In this document: positions 25,976 to 38,820 of the stretch, one piece after another
Numbering within the stretch: position 1 is the stretch's first letter
Layout: each line of letters starts with the position of its first letter
Assembly: GCF_001194135.2 (NCBI RefSeq)
Contig: NC_068988.1
Location: 89,494,022 to 89,558,021 of the forward strand
DNA from: Octopus bimaculoides
Taxonomy: Eukaryota
Length of the DNA stretch: 64,000 bases
Reading direction: 5' to 3'
Notes under the pieces: model-generated
The model's database searches: none
What the model was told of the DNA's origin: nothing
What the model saw: the letters and a program-made list of their open reading frames with translations, nothing else
Program-made: the position numbers and the translations under genes

Positions 25976-26167
25976 TATGTAGAGAATAGTGAAAATATGT
26001 AGATTCGAAAAGTCACTTAAAAGAGAATTGATTATAATACTTAGCACAGTTTCACACTCTCTACCTCTTTAAGCAGTTTGGAATTCTATTTTACGTATGC
26101 ATACACACAGAGATGTGGAATATTCATATAACAATACTGAATTTATGAAGACCCCATGCATGGATAA

Positions 26168-27075
26168 TATTGGTTTGAAATTTTGAAACAAGGCCAGCAA
26201 ATTTGAGGAAGGATCTTAGTCGATTACATCGACCCCAGTGGTACTTACTTTATGGATTCTTAAATGATGAAAAGCAAAGTCGACCTCGGCGGAAATTGAA
26301 CTCAAAGTAAAGACGAATGAAATGCTGCTAAGCATTTTGCACGGCGTGCTAACTAATTTTCCAGATCGCTAACTTATTCTGTAGATGTTTTTCTTTCAAA
26401 TTGTTGCGCAAGACCATCAATTTCAGGTGAAAACTAATTTGGCTATATGAATCAAACCTAGTGTTCAACTGGTATTTATTCTATCGACACCGTAAAGATG
26501 AGATGCAAATTTGACCACGGCGGAATTTGAACTCAAAGCGTGAAGATCAACGATATGCCGCTAAGTATTTTGCCTACCGTTCTTACGATTCCGTCAGTCC
26601 GCTTCCATATTCTGAAGATATATTTCTTTGAAATCGTTACACAAGATCAGCAATTAAGGTAATGGCTAAGTTGACTATATCGGTCAAAACCACTGTTCAA
26701 CTACTTCTTACTATATCGACCCCTAAAGGATGCAATGCAAATTTTACTATGGTGGAATTTGAACATAGTACGTAAAGATGGACGATATGCCGCTAAGCAT
26801 TTTTCCGGCGTGCTAATGATTCTGTCTGTTCGCCTCCGTTTTCTGGAGAGATATTTCTCCCAAATTCTTGCACACGACTAACAATTTAAGGTGAGCGCTA
26901 TCAATCAATTCTATCATTCAACTGGTTCTTATTTTATCGACCCCACCAAAGGATGAAATGCAAGTTCGACCACAGCTGAATTTGAACTCAGAACATAAAT
27001 ATGGACGATATGCAGCTAAGCATTTTGCCCGGTGTGCTAATGGTTCTGTCAGTTCACCTCCTTATTCTGGATATA
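26168..27075 (-). repeat. Four-unit tandem repeat (~224-233 bp period) built from SINE-A plus a shared spacer
   Basis: Four SINE-A cores. The spacer motif TTCTG.AGAT.T.TTTC recurs with TTCTG at 26377, 26610, 26841 and 27065. Confidence 0.85.
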
Positions 27076-27496
27076 TATTGAATATCTGTAAATAGGGTAA
27101 TGCATGGAAGCAGCAGAACATGTCATGCAAATGTCTTTCCAGAAAATATTTCATATGGGAGCCTTATGATTGCCTACAGGTAGAATGTAATTATAATATT
27201 GATTTCTAAAATCGGCATAACGCCAACATTTCAGTGGGTGCAGAGCATTTGAGATTGTCAGAACGGGTTTTATTATTGTTTTCTGTCGACAACTTAAGAA
27301 TAAGAAAGAAAGCTGAATTTCCTTGTGATGTATCCTGATCACCCAATGAACTGGAATAAATACCAAAAGTTGTTTCGTATTCTGTTCGAGCACATCTGCC
27401 AAATCATTGCCCTATAATTAACATGTTTTAGTATTTGTACGCATAATAATAACAGTCGTTGAGATTTTATGTGACTCAAGATATATGTACATGTGT

Positions 27497-27570
<74 letters not shown>

Positions 27571-27817
27571 CTATGGGTGTCTATTTGTTCCCCGCACCAT
27601 CTACTCTGAGAATCGTAGGATCAACGAGGTTAATATTCCGACTGGTGGAAATATGACTGTGAAATCTTCAGTGACAAAATTGTACAAAGGATTGATTGAG
27701 GGAATTTATTGTTACTCCGTTTAAAGCGCGAGATACATACCTACATACATACATACATGCACACATGCACGCACGCACGCATACATACATACATACATAC
27801 ATAAATACATACATACA

Positions 27818-27851
<34 letters not shown>

Positions 27852-28821
27852 CAGGTTGCAATGATTAAACTGTCGTCTGAATAACGCAAAAATGAAAATA
27901 ACACTGGCATCTCATTCTAACGAATATATTTACCAAAATTACATGAAAAATATCTTGAAATACTAAAGAGTAAAAATAAATTTAATAAAATCGCCATTTG
28001 TTTCAACCATGGCCTCAGACGACTTCGGAATCTCCTGCAAATCTTGTGACGGCCTCCTTGTTTATGTTGGTGAATGCTGCAATAATGCTCGCCTTCAGTT
28101 CAACTTTGGTGTTGCAAGGAGTTTTGCTGGTCCCTTGCTCAATTGTGCCCCACACATACTAATCAAGAGGGTTGTACTCTGAGGACTTATGTGGCTAGAT
28201 GATGTCGCAAAAATTGATGATGTGGCTAGATGATGTCCCAAAAATTGATGATGTGGCTAGATGATGTCGCAAAAATTGATGATGTGGCTAGATGATGTCG
28301 CAAAAATTGTCTGACAGCCATGACTGGGTTCTCCTTATTTTGTGGCATGTTGCAGAGTCCTGTTGCCAGACATAGGGACTTGCAGCAGCCGCACTTTGGA
28401 CCTAGGACAGTACTACCTCCTCCAGGCACTTGATTGTAGGCTTCTGTGTTAAGTTTCAGGCCATGTGGTAAGATGAATGGAGGCATAACATCGCTATCAC
28501 CAGTAATCACTCCAAACACCATAATGTTGATTGGATATTTAATTTTTATCACTTTCGGTACATGTCCTGAGATTGCGCTGTCCTCAGATTGACACCCAGA
28601 TACTCTGAAATATTCGTATTGGAGCTCCCGGCGCGAAGGTCAAGCAGCACGGCATGTCGCTTCCAAATTTCTAGCAGAGCAAATTACGTCATGGTGCTGC
28701 TTTTCTCATACACGGTTCCCAACTGTCCCTACTATACCGAAGAGTCGACAAAAAGCAAAAACAAGCAATGTATATGCACGAAATAAAAAATACAAATTGG
28801 TGACAATTTACCCGTCATACC

Positions 28822-28824
<3 letters not shown>
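27852..28824 (-). mobile_element. Internally deleted DD37D/maT-like mariner with both TIRs and TA target duplication
   Basis: TIRs TA|CAGGTTGCAATGATTAAACTGTCG and (reverse complement) TA|CAGGGTATGACGGGTAAATTGTCA. The N-terminus EIWKRHAVLLDLRAGSSNTNISEYLGVNLRT is joined to IMVFGVIT..DVMPPFI.PHGL.LNTEAY, PYVWQQDSATCH, PLD*YVWG and EAMVETNGDF. Confidence 0.92.
28189..28309. repeat. 31-bp minisatellite, ~4 copies, inside the mariner catalytic domain
   Basis: ATGTGGCTAGATGATGTCGCAAAAATTGATG starts at 28189, 28220, 28251 and 28282. Confidence 0.95.
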
Positions 28825-28870
<46 letters not shown>

Positions 28871-29614
28871 CACGCACATATATACGTATATACATACACA
28901 CACAAAACACGCATATGTATAATATATTTACTTGCATATATACATAAATATGTATTCCTAAAGTCTATATGTGTCTGTGTCTGCCTGACATGAGTATGTG
29001 TGTGCACTGACAGATAGAGAAAGGGAGAGAGAGACAGAGATGCATACACACACGCATCCACACGCACACAAACATACATGTATAGACTGTCATATGTTAA
29101 TATGTGCATATTGGTTTTGGCTACGTATCTATATTTTACTGAATGCTGTGTATAACTGGTCGAATTAATTCAAAATGTTCATTTTAAATTAAAGAAATAT
29201 TCAATATTTAAAATATTATGATAGGCATCTTCTAAAACTTCTAAATGAAAAACGATAAACTTACAAATTGTCCGACTTGTATGTATTTACCCAGAATACA
29301 TCAGGCCACCTTTTGAACTAATCATTTATAAGAACATTATGCTGTATTTATCGTGGTATCTCTTTAAAATTTGTTTGTTCCATGATATATTTGTTACTGT
29401 TCCGTCTGTATGTTACAAAGAAGACATTTATTACGTTTGGCTTGTGTTTTAAACAATTAGTGTCATTTTTGAAGCCATTGTTACTGTCTGCTCTCATATT
29501 TTGGATATTAGATTTACAGCATTGTCATCCTTCGTGAGGACACAAAGGTGGCATATATGTATCGTATATCCATCGGTTTACGTGGTGATAGTATATTTCC
29601 TTGCGCGGATATAT

Positions 29615-29628
29615 ATAGATAGACAGAC

Positions 29629-29667
<39 letters not shown>

Positions 29668-29745
29668 CAGATAGACAGACAGGCAGACAGACAGACAGAC
29701 AGACAGACAGGCAGACAGACAGACAGACAGACACATACATACATA
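29615..29745. repeat. (GATA)n/(GACA)n/(CATA)n compound microsatellite
   Basis: Read directly. Confidence 0.95.
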
Positions 29746-30082
29746 CATATTACGGCAAATATATCTCCGTCTACATCCCTGACTCAATTAGTATTCCTGT
29801 ATTTATAAAGCTGATTATCAGTTTTGTTTACGAAGCATTATTTTCGTATGTTCCACATAACATCACACCGCTTTCTCCAACAGGTTTCCACATAGCACAC
29901 ACGCACTATTCGCTTTTTTTTTTCTTTTTTCCTATCTTCTTTAGTCTCTTGGGGCAGAACTAATCACTTATTACTCAAAGTAAAGAATGCTCTGAGATTT
30001 CGAAATCCAGTTGAAATTTTGTGTGCAATTTCTGTGAAATTTTGTATGAAAATTTTCTCCAGTACTTCTACAACAATGTTTT

Positions 30083-30290
30083 CTAATTTTGGAACAAGAC
30101 TAGTAATTTTGAATGAAGGGTATTTGTCAACACAATCACTACGTCTACATTACTAGCATCGTATTCTCTTTCATTCGTAAATGATGAAAGACAGATTTGT
30201 CCTTGGCAGGGTTTAAGTTCAGAACATAAAGAATAGATACTGTTAAAGAGTTCTTCCAACTCTGAGAATCCGCTGACAACACTGGTCTTG
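30083..30290 (-). mobile_element. SINE-A, highly degenerate
   Basis: TCTAATTTTGGAACAAGACTAG...GATGAAAGACAG...AAGTTCAGAACATAAAGA. Confidence 0.55.
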
Positions 30291-30612
30291 TGCCTCAATC
30301 AGAACATAATGAAATCCTTCTCTGTGTGCCAGTGCTTGTGTGTTCACATTTACATGCATTTATATATGTATGTATGCGTGTGTGTGTGTGTGTGTATGTA
30401 TGTGTGTATGTTTGTATATAAACTTATATATATATATATATATATATATATACTGATATAGGTTGAAAATTAATAATTAACAACTAATAATTTCACCAAG
30501 TGGTTTTGTATGTTAAAAGAACTATTATCGGTAAACTTATACAGACATGTTCTAATTATAAGCATAATTATAATTAGGGTTCAGCAAAATTGGTTCACCA
30601 CATACCGAAATT

Positions 30613-30771
30613 TAGAAATAGCAGTTAAATACTATTCCACTACCCTAATATATCTCCTAGACAGCAATACTCCCAACTCAGGCATTTTTTCTCTTTGCCT
30701 GCTTGAGTTGGGATTATTGTTGTCTGGGTGATATAATACGGTAGTGGAATAGTATTTAACTGCTAATTCTA
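30613..30771. repeat. Long inverted repeat (fold-back): ~72-bp arms, 11-nt loop
   Basis: The left arm TAGAAATAGCAGTTAAATACTATTCCACTACC...CCCAACTCAGGCA pairs with the right arm TGCC...TGAGTTGGG...GGTAGTGGAATAGTATTTAACTGCTAATTCTA. Confidence 0.92.
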
Positions 30772-30788
30772 TAAGCTTATAATTATAA

Positions 30789-30829
<41 letters not shown>

Positions 30830-31164
30830 NNNNNNNNNNNNNNNNNNNNNNNNNNNNNNNNNNNNNNNNNNNNNNNNNNNNNNNNNTATATATATATATA
30901 TATATATATATGTACGTATGTATGTGTCAGTATATATATTCTAAAGGCCATTTTCCTAATTAAGTTATTTAGTTACAACTTAAATTATTTAGGAACTGAC
31001 ATGCTAACTTCCTTTGTTCTCTTTGATTTCTTCTAAATTTATAGAATGGTGAAAGAAAACTTGAATTATAATAAGAATGCTCTTCACTGTTTCTCTTTTG
31101 ATGTATAAGAATGCATATTAAGTTCCAAATTGTAGTTGCTTACCATTCAATTTAAAGCTATGCG

Positions 31165-31450
31165 AGAGGATTTGGTTGACGGAAACTGAAAGTATCCCGT
31201 CGCATATATATATAAACATGTGTGTGCACGTACCTTTGTTATTGTGCCCCCCACCCGAGTTACCTTCACAAAGAGTGCTGGTGTATTCACGTCAATGTTG
31301 TCAGCGGTTTCGGCAAGTAGTCGATAAAATGAGAAACAGGCTCTAGAAAATCAAATCCTGCAGAAGATCCGTTCTGCTAAAATTATTCATTGCAATGTAC
31401 CAGCACGATTGCAGTCTAATGACCAGAATAAGATGAAGATAACAGAAGAT
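31165..31450 (+). mobile_element. SINE-C, degenerate
   Basis: GGATTTGGTTGACGGAAACTGAAAGTATCCCGTCG...GCTGGTGTATTCACGTC...AGCGGTTTCGGCAA. Confidence 0.7.
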
Positions 31451-31695
31451 ATATATATATGTGTGTGTGTGTGTGTGTATGTGTGTGTGTGAGTGTGTAT
31501 GTGTGAGTGTGTGTGTATGTGTTTGTGTATAACAACGTATGTACGTAGATGGGTGTATAGATGTGTGTATATATATCCAAAAGTTTTAAACCAATATTTA
31601 CATGCTAGTATCTATAGCTTTATACGTGCTACGAGGTGTTATATGTGTGTGTGTGTTTGTGTGTGTGGGGGGGGNNNNNNNNNNNNNNNNNNNNN

Positions 31696-31750
<55 letters not shown>

Positions 31751-32756
31751 TGAACGACTGTGAGTGGGAGATTCTATCATAGGTTGAAGACGCGTATCCA
31801 TCGCCGAAATTAATAAAGAACATAACATTAGAGGTGGATGAAACGTCTATTATAGCTATTTTTGTTGGTTAACCATGCTAAATACGTATAACTGAAAAAC
31901 GCAATAAAGTGAATTGCAAATATTAGATGCAACTACAATTATGACACTCCAATGACTCATTGCTTTGAGTTTCTGAAAAGATAATTTGAAATCGTCATTG
32001 CTTGTAGAGTAGAAAGTGAAAGTGAAAGTGAAACTCAAAATGTCATCGATAATTCATTAGAAGGAAGAAGAGAAAATTAGAATAAACGATTCCAAATGGT
32101 TTCTGAAAACCTGTTGATTGTAGTAGAAATTATAGTTAATACACAGAAATAATAAAACGCATTCTGGCAAATATTCGTTCTTAGATATTTGATGGATATT
32201 ATGCCGCACCTTTTTTTACAAATGCACATGCTCAGACTACACACTTATAAGAGGATATGTGTGCCTGTAAAATTTTACATGGTCAAGTTTTATAGTAACT
32301 CTGTAGTCTTGTTTTACTTATGGAAGTCATTGATAAGCATTTCATAATAAATGAACGGTATTGAATGATCCTTTAGTGCACTCATTCACACGCGTACATT
32401 GTGCACACACTCTCACACACACGCAGACACGTGGAAATACATGCACAAACACGCATGAACACGCGCATAAACGAGTATACATGAAGTAGATGGCCACTAC
32501 AGATCACTTAACTGGCAAATGTGACGGAATGCTTCATACAAATAGTATAGTTGATTATAAGATACATACTTGTGCGTACTTGTCAACTCCTATCAGGAAA
32601 GCCATGGAAAAAAATTTGAAAGGAAAACCGAGCATATTCTCAGAAAAGTGTCTTGCATGCTGTCACTCAGCAGAGCTTTCACCCGTCAAGAGGCTGCTTG
32701 TCACGATGTTCGCATTGTGACAATCGTGTGTTAAAACAATTGCTGAACCATGCAAA

Positions 32757-32925
32757 CGTAGAAGAGTTGACATAAAGATATATGTTGACCTAGAGTTATA
32801 TTTGACGTAAAGTTATATGTTGACCAAGTGTTATATGTTAATGAACCATTGAAATGTAGAGAAGTTATATGATAACGGAGAATTTATATGCTGACGAAGA
32901 AACGTAGGAGAGTTATATTTTGGTG
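32757..32925. repeat. Decayed minisatellite of AGTTATATGTTGAC-like units
   Basis: About seven imperfect (A/G)GTTATAT(G/T)TTGA occurrences at irregular spacing. Confidence 0.6.
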
Positions 32926-33015
32926 AATCGTCTTCATAATCTGATGAACAAATGATGTCACGTATTCTTTCGTGTCGGTTTAATTTAGGAACTAGGAGGG
33001 TGAAATCATCACTTA

Positions 33016-33232
33016 CATTGGTTTCAAATTATGACAAAAGTCCAGCTCTTTTGGGAGAGGGTCTAAATATTTACATTGATCCCTGGTGCTTAACGAGTAC
33101 ATATTTTATAATCTCCAAAAGCTGTAAAGCAGAATCGACCGCGGCGGAATTTGAACTCAGAGTGTGAAGATGGACGAAATGCCGATAAGCATTTCACCCA
33201 GCTTGATAACGATCTGCCAGCACACTGCCCTT
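33016..33232 (-). mobile_element. SINE-A, TTGGTTTCAAATT-type 3' end
   Basis: ATCGACCGCGGCGGAATTTGAACTCAGAG...GGACGAAATGCCGATAAGCATTTCACCC. Confidence 0.8.
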
Positions 33233-33767
33233 TCCCTGACTCATATTAAGAGACATCGAAACCACTTTATTAATATCACTGAGTACCTGGCCCTTGGCCT
33301 CCACATGCCCTGAAGGATAGGGTTGCATTTTCGAAGGACCATGAATTAATTATATATANNNNNNNNNNNNNNNNNNNNNNNNNNNNNNNNNNNNNNNNNN
33401 NNNNNNNNNNNNNNNNNNNNNNNNNNNNNNNNNNNNNNNNNNNNNNNNNNNNNNNNNNNNNNNNNNNNNNNNNNNNNNNNNNNNNNNNNNNNNNNNNNNN
33501 NNNNNNNNNNNNNNNNNNNNNNNNNNNNNNNNNNNNNNNNNNNNNNNNNNNNNNNNATACACCTTACTGTTTGAGAGGAGCAGCAACCGCCATTTAGATT
33601 GGAAGTGCACCAAGCACAAACGAGATTTAATCATGTATTGTAGAATTTGCATACTTAATTGAAGTTTGGCGAATTCTGTTTAAAATGAGAGATTACTCAT
33701 TCCATATTCCTGTCCCAAATAAATTTCACACACTCTCCAGCTTTTTTGTTTTTAAACATTCTTCTGT

Positions 33768-33965
33768 AATATTGGTTTCAAATTTTGACAGTAAGCCAGC
33801 AAGCTTGGGGGAGGGGTTACGTCGATTACATCGTCTCCAGTGCTCAACTGCAGAGAGGATGAAACACAAAGTCGACCTCGGCAGGACGTGAACTCAGAAC
33901 ATAAAGATAGACGAAAGGTCGTTAAGAATTTTACACGCTGCGGTAACAAGTCTACCAGCTCATCA
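33768..33965 (-). mobile_element. SINE-A, TTGGTTTCAAATT-type 3' end
   Basis: GAGAGGATGAAACACAAAGTCGACCTCGGCAGGACGTGAACTCAGAACATAAAGA. Confidence 0.8.
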
Positions 33966-34357
33966 ACTTTACATTTTTGTGTAATATTACGTAAAGGATG
34001 ATATGAAGTAAATTCTTGGTCTTCTTAGAATATGAGCTAATATAACTTGGTTGATGTGGGTATCGATCTTGGATCCAACATTTTAAATATACGACAGTAT
34101 ACCTGTGGCTATATTGTAAAACGTTGGGTGGATTTATTATTATAAGCATGCATGTGTATATATTTGGTTGTGTATGCGTTGCTTGTGTTATAAGAAAGCT
34201 CGTCCATAAGCATTAAATGTTATATATTGGGAAACCTGCCAAAATCGTCAGGCGCATGACATGCTTAGAGAAGTAAAGTATCGGGGAAACAAAGTAGAGT
34301 ATAATGTACATATATATATTTGCATACACATATTATATATATGTATATATATGTATG

Positions 34358-34415
<58 letters not shown>

Positions 34416-36246
34416 GACGCATACACACGTATATGCATGTGTGTGTGCATATGTATACATACATGTGTCTGTGTATGTGTGTACAGATGCATACGTGTGC
34501 ACATTCATATGTATGTTATCTAATATCCATTCGCGTATATGGAACCACAGAAATCTAAAAATTGTAAGTATACATATTGTAAGAGAGACAATAAGCAAAT
34601 ACATACCATCTACATATATAGGGGATTCTGTTAGCATATACAGACGATAACACGTGTANNNNNNNNNNNNNNNNNNNNNNNNNNNNNNNNNNNNNNNNNN
34701 NNNNNNNNNNNNNNNNNNNNNNNNNNNNNNNNNNNNNNNNNNNNNNNNNNNNNNNNNNNNNNNNNNNNNNNNNNNNNNNNNNNNNNNNNNNNNNNNNNNN
34801 NNNNNNNNNNNNNNNNNNNNNNNNNNNNNNNNNNNNNNNNNNNNNNNNNNNNNNNNNNNNNNNNNNNNNNNNNNNNNNNNNNNNNNNNNNNNNNNNNNNN
34901 NNNNNNNNNNNNNNNNNNNNNNNNNNNNNNNNNNNNNNNNNNNNNNNNNNNNNNNNNNNNNNNNNNNNNNNNNNNNNNNNNNNNNNNNNNNNNNNNNNNN
35001 NNNNNNNNNNNNNNNNNNNNNNNNNNNNNNNNNNNNNNNNNNNNNNNNNNNNNNNNNNNNNNNNNNNNNNNNNNNNNNNNNNNNNNNNNNNNNNNNNNNN
35101 NNNNNNNNNNNNNNNNNNNNNNNNNNNNNNNNNNNNNNNNNNNNNNNNNNNNNNNNNNNNNNNNNNNNNNNNNNNNNNNNNNNNNNNNNNNNNNNNNNNN
35201 NNNNNNNNNNNNNNNNNNNNNNNNNNNNNNNNNNNNNNNNNNNNNNNNNNNNNNNNNNNNNNNNNNNNNNNNNNNNNNNNNNNNNNNNNNNNNNNNNNNN
35301 NNNNNNNNNNNNNNNNNNNNNNNNNNNNNNNNNNNNNNNNNNNNNNNNNNNNNNNNNNNNNNNNNNNNNNNNNNNNNNNNNNNNNNNNNNNNNNNNNNNN
35401 NNNNNNNNNNNNNNNNNNNNNNNNNNNNNNNNNNNNNNNNNNNNNNNNNNNNNNNNNNNNNNNNNNNNNNNNNNNNNNNNNNNNNNNNNNNNNNNNNNNN
35501 NNNNNNNNNNNNNNNNNNNNNNNNNNNNNNNNNNNNNNNNNNNNNNNNTATATATATATATATATATATATATATACGTGTATATAGGTGAATATATGTG
35601 TTTATGTGTTTGCGTAGATATATATTTGTATCGATGCATATTCATAAATACACATCCATAGACTACGTTGCAGTGCTTATTTAATTTTTCGGCAAAATAT
35701 ATCTATATGCGTGTACATCCTATTAAAATGTACCCAAACCATTGAACGTTTGTGCTGTAGATACAACTGCTTCGTAATCGCTTAAGTGTTTCTATGAATT
35801 AAGTACTGATTAAATAATATAAGCACGTAAGTTCGCAGTGCATAGAAGCAGCTAGTACTTGCAGGAATATTATCAATTCTTAGTGTGTCTGTCAGTTCCA
35901 ATTCGAAGTCGACTATATTTAATGATAAAAGTTTTCAAAATATAAATAAATGAACGAACAGATTCGCTTTAGTTGGTTATATCTTTGTTTTCGTCTTTTT
36001 TTTTATGCGAGTCAAATGTTGTTATTCATGCTATTGTTGAATTATAGAAATCAATCATTATTGTAAATGATATACACTGGAAACTATTACAACTTTTCTA
36101 AAAACATATATGAGCTAACATGAGCACATGCACATCCGAACTCAACTCGCACGCACTAACACACAAAATTATACCTACATATGGCTATTCATACACGCAA
36201 AGATTTATATACCAACACATACATGCATACATACATACATGTATAT

Positions 36247-36279
<33 letters not shown>

Positions 36280-36289
36280 GTTACTATTA

Positions 36290-36490
36290 AGTTAGCGAAC
36301 TGGCAGACTAGTTAGCACACCGTTCTGCGGTGAAATGCCGCCGAGGTCGACGCTGCTTTTCATCCTCTCGGGGTCGACGCTGCTTTTCATCCTCTCGGGG
36401 TCGAGAAAGTAAGTACCAGTTGAGTACAGGGTTTGACGTAATCGACTTAACCCTTTCCACAAAATTTCAGCCTTGTAGTAGAAAGTATTA

Positions 36491-36560
<70 letters not shown>
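36290..36560 (+). mobile_element. SINE-A with internal 27-bp duplication, embedded in (ATT)n
   Basis: GGTCGA at 36345, 36372 and 36399 (period 27); (ATT)n on both sides. Confidence 0.88.
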
Positions 36561-36591
36561 GAGTGAGAGAGCAGTGCATGCCATCAAAGTG
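36561..36591 (-). mobile_element. 31-bp terminal fragment of the ~550-bp (ATT)n-associated element
   Basis: GAGTGAGAGAGCAGTGCATGCCATCAAAGTG matches the end at 45648 and abuts (ATT)n in the same way. Confidence 0.8.
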
Positions 36592-36762
36592 GCAGTCCCA
36601 CAGGCAGAATAGTAAATGATAGATATGCAAGTTACCATCCCATTTCATACTACACTAATCTCCACTGAATAGAACTTCGTTCGAATCAATCCTCCGAGGT
36701 GTTTGATTGCAACAGAATAGCCATATCTGTTTTGCGCTATAAATTCTTAAAACTAATACCCC

Positions 36763-36897
36763 GGATAGGCAAGACTGCAAGGTCAAGAAGAATCCAGTAA
36801 CTAACCATAACCCTAACCCTAACCCTAACCAAAGAAATTATGAACTTTAAAATACACTTGTGCAAAAGATTCCCGAGTTGTATATCTTGCTGTATCC
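36763..36897. mobile_element. Putative ~135-bp MITE containing a short (TAACCC)n tract
   Basis: Imperfect TIR GGATAGGCAAGA / TCTTGCTGTATCC; (TAACCC)3 plus flanking partial units at 36802-36830. Confidence 0.5.
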
Positions 36898-37877
36898 TTC
36901 AGAAGATATACACTAAATAATATGGTACTGATATAGAACTGGGTTAACTTTGGTAAGGGATGGGCAAATATGTACGTGTGGCACGTATACATACACTTAT
37001 ATGAGAGAGGGTGTTGCAGATTGAAGAGCAGATTTCAGAGTATAACAGGAGCAGAGATGCCGATGCAGTCGTAGTGAGGGAGAGACGTAAATGTCGCTGA
37101 AGTAAAATACAGCAGCAAAGAGTGGATATAGAGTTATTGTTAGGGTATTATTATTTCCTTTTTCTTACCTCTGCAACTTGTTGAGGACCGAATAGCTTTT
37201 ATTGTGCATTTATGCAGAAGGGTTTGAGAGCAGTATTATCTGATGGGGAATTATGGAAGATAAGTAGATGAAGAAAATTACTTTCGTCTCAACGAAGCAG
37301 AACTTGCAACTCATACTGAATATACTGCCTGGATTTTCCAATTAAATCTCAATTCCTATCGAATACCGAAGCCATATATTGTTTGTGAGCGTCATGAAGC
37401 TAGCGATTTTTGCATCAAAGAGGAGACCCTGAAGATGATGATGTGACATTCCATTGTTCCAACTAATAGTTATATTCGCTGATCACTGAGCAAAATTATT
37501 TTTTTGATTTTATGTTCGTGTACTAACTGATGTCAAATTATCATTATTTTCTGGTGTATGAATATTCCGCAGACAAGTATGTATGTGTATGTCTGGGTCG
37601 TTCTGTTATATATANNNNNNNNNNNNNNNNNNNNNNNNNNNNNNNNNNNNNNNNNNNNNNNNNNNNNNNNNNNNNNNNNNNNNNNNNNNNNNNNNNNNNN
37701 NNNNNNNNNNNNNNNNNNNNNNATATACAATGTAATTTTGATCTCTAACTGAATGTGGAGGTTGTGTTAGAAAAGAATACTATTTCATTTACCTTGAGAT
37801 GATCTCTGGTATTGACTTGCGGTGCATAAATAAACGCATGTGACTATATCGTTCACACACACACACATACACACTCA

Positions 37878-37913
<36 letters not shown>

Positions 37914-38769
37914 TACACACATACACTCACACACACATTCATATATATATATATATTTATATACGTATGTATGGATTAAGAAAATCTCGAACCTATTCTG
38001 TGTTGAAGTCAATGTTAATTCTTTAATTTCTTCTAAAAACTTAGCCTATAAAATCCACTAATATTTACTTATAACTCTTATTGCTAAATAATTTAACATT
38101 CAACTGGTTTTTCCATTCATGAGTACCTACACACCTATACCACCATAGCTAAAATTGTTTCTACAGCCACTGACATTAGCCATAAAGCGGACACAAGCAC
38201 TTACTACTAGATTTCCCCACAAACCCTACAAGCTACGAATGGCACCTACTATTCTCTTTGAATGACTTTCATTTTACTTTATTTATTTATTTTTTTACTT
38301 TATCTTGCATTACCTCCTACTTCTCTATCCTTATTTAGCCTTATATATTCATTTATTTATTTTCTTGATTATTTGTGTACACTATATTTTTATATACATT
38401 ATTTTATCCTTAATAACAATCTATGATTTCCTCACTTACTTTCTCTATCTCTCTATTATTTTTTTTTCTCTTTAGCACTTAATAGCCATCCCCGCTACCA
38501 TTCGCCAACGGAACGTCGATCCGTTCCCGCTCATTTCTCGATACTTCCACTATTAAGACTTTAACCTAAATTCAATCTAACACAGGATTGCACCTAAGGA
38601 CTTATAGACTAACAGCTACATGATCGAAAGTTGAACTGCGAAAGTTGAACTGCGAATTCTATGATTTTCCTTCTCTTTCTTCTTATTCTTCATTTCCTTA
38701 TTCCTTTTCTCTTGTCCTCTATGTCGTCGTTTCATTAACCTATTCCTTTCTCATTTTCCCAATTTCTAT

Positions 38770-38820
38770 CCGATGACGGTATATCCCATACTTCGGTCTA
38801 TCTCAGAAACAGCTGTAAAA
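38770..38820 (+). other. Decayed hammerhead-like motif (probable PLE 3' remnant)
   Basis: CCGATGA (one core mismatch), a weak stem II, then GAAA followed by the palindrome ACAGCTGT and an A. Stem I is not recoverable. Confidence 0.3.

Noticed and set aside
26168-27075. Regularly spaced repeats superficially like a CRISPR array (also 28189-28309)
   Set aside because: The context is eukaryotic, the units are SINE- or transposase-derived, there are no unique spacers and no cas genes.
34248-35661. Longest ORFs in the track (465 and 335 aa) and similar X-rich ORFs
   Set aside because: They are assembly gaps (N) flanked by (AT)n or (GT)n. Gaps coinciding with (AT)n reflect sequencing or assembly failure, not biology.
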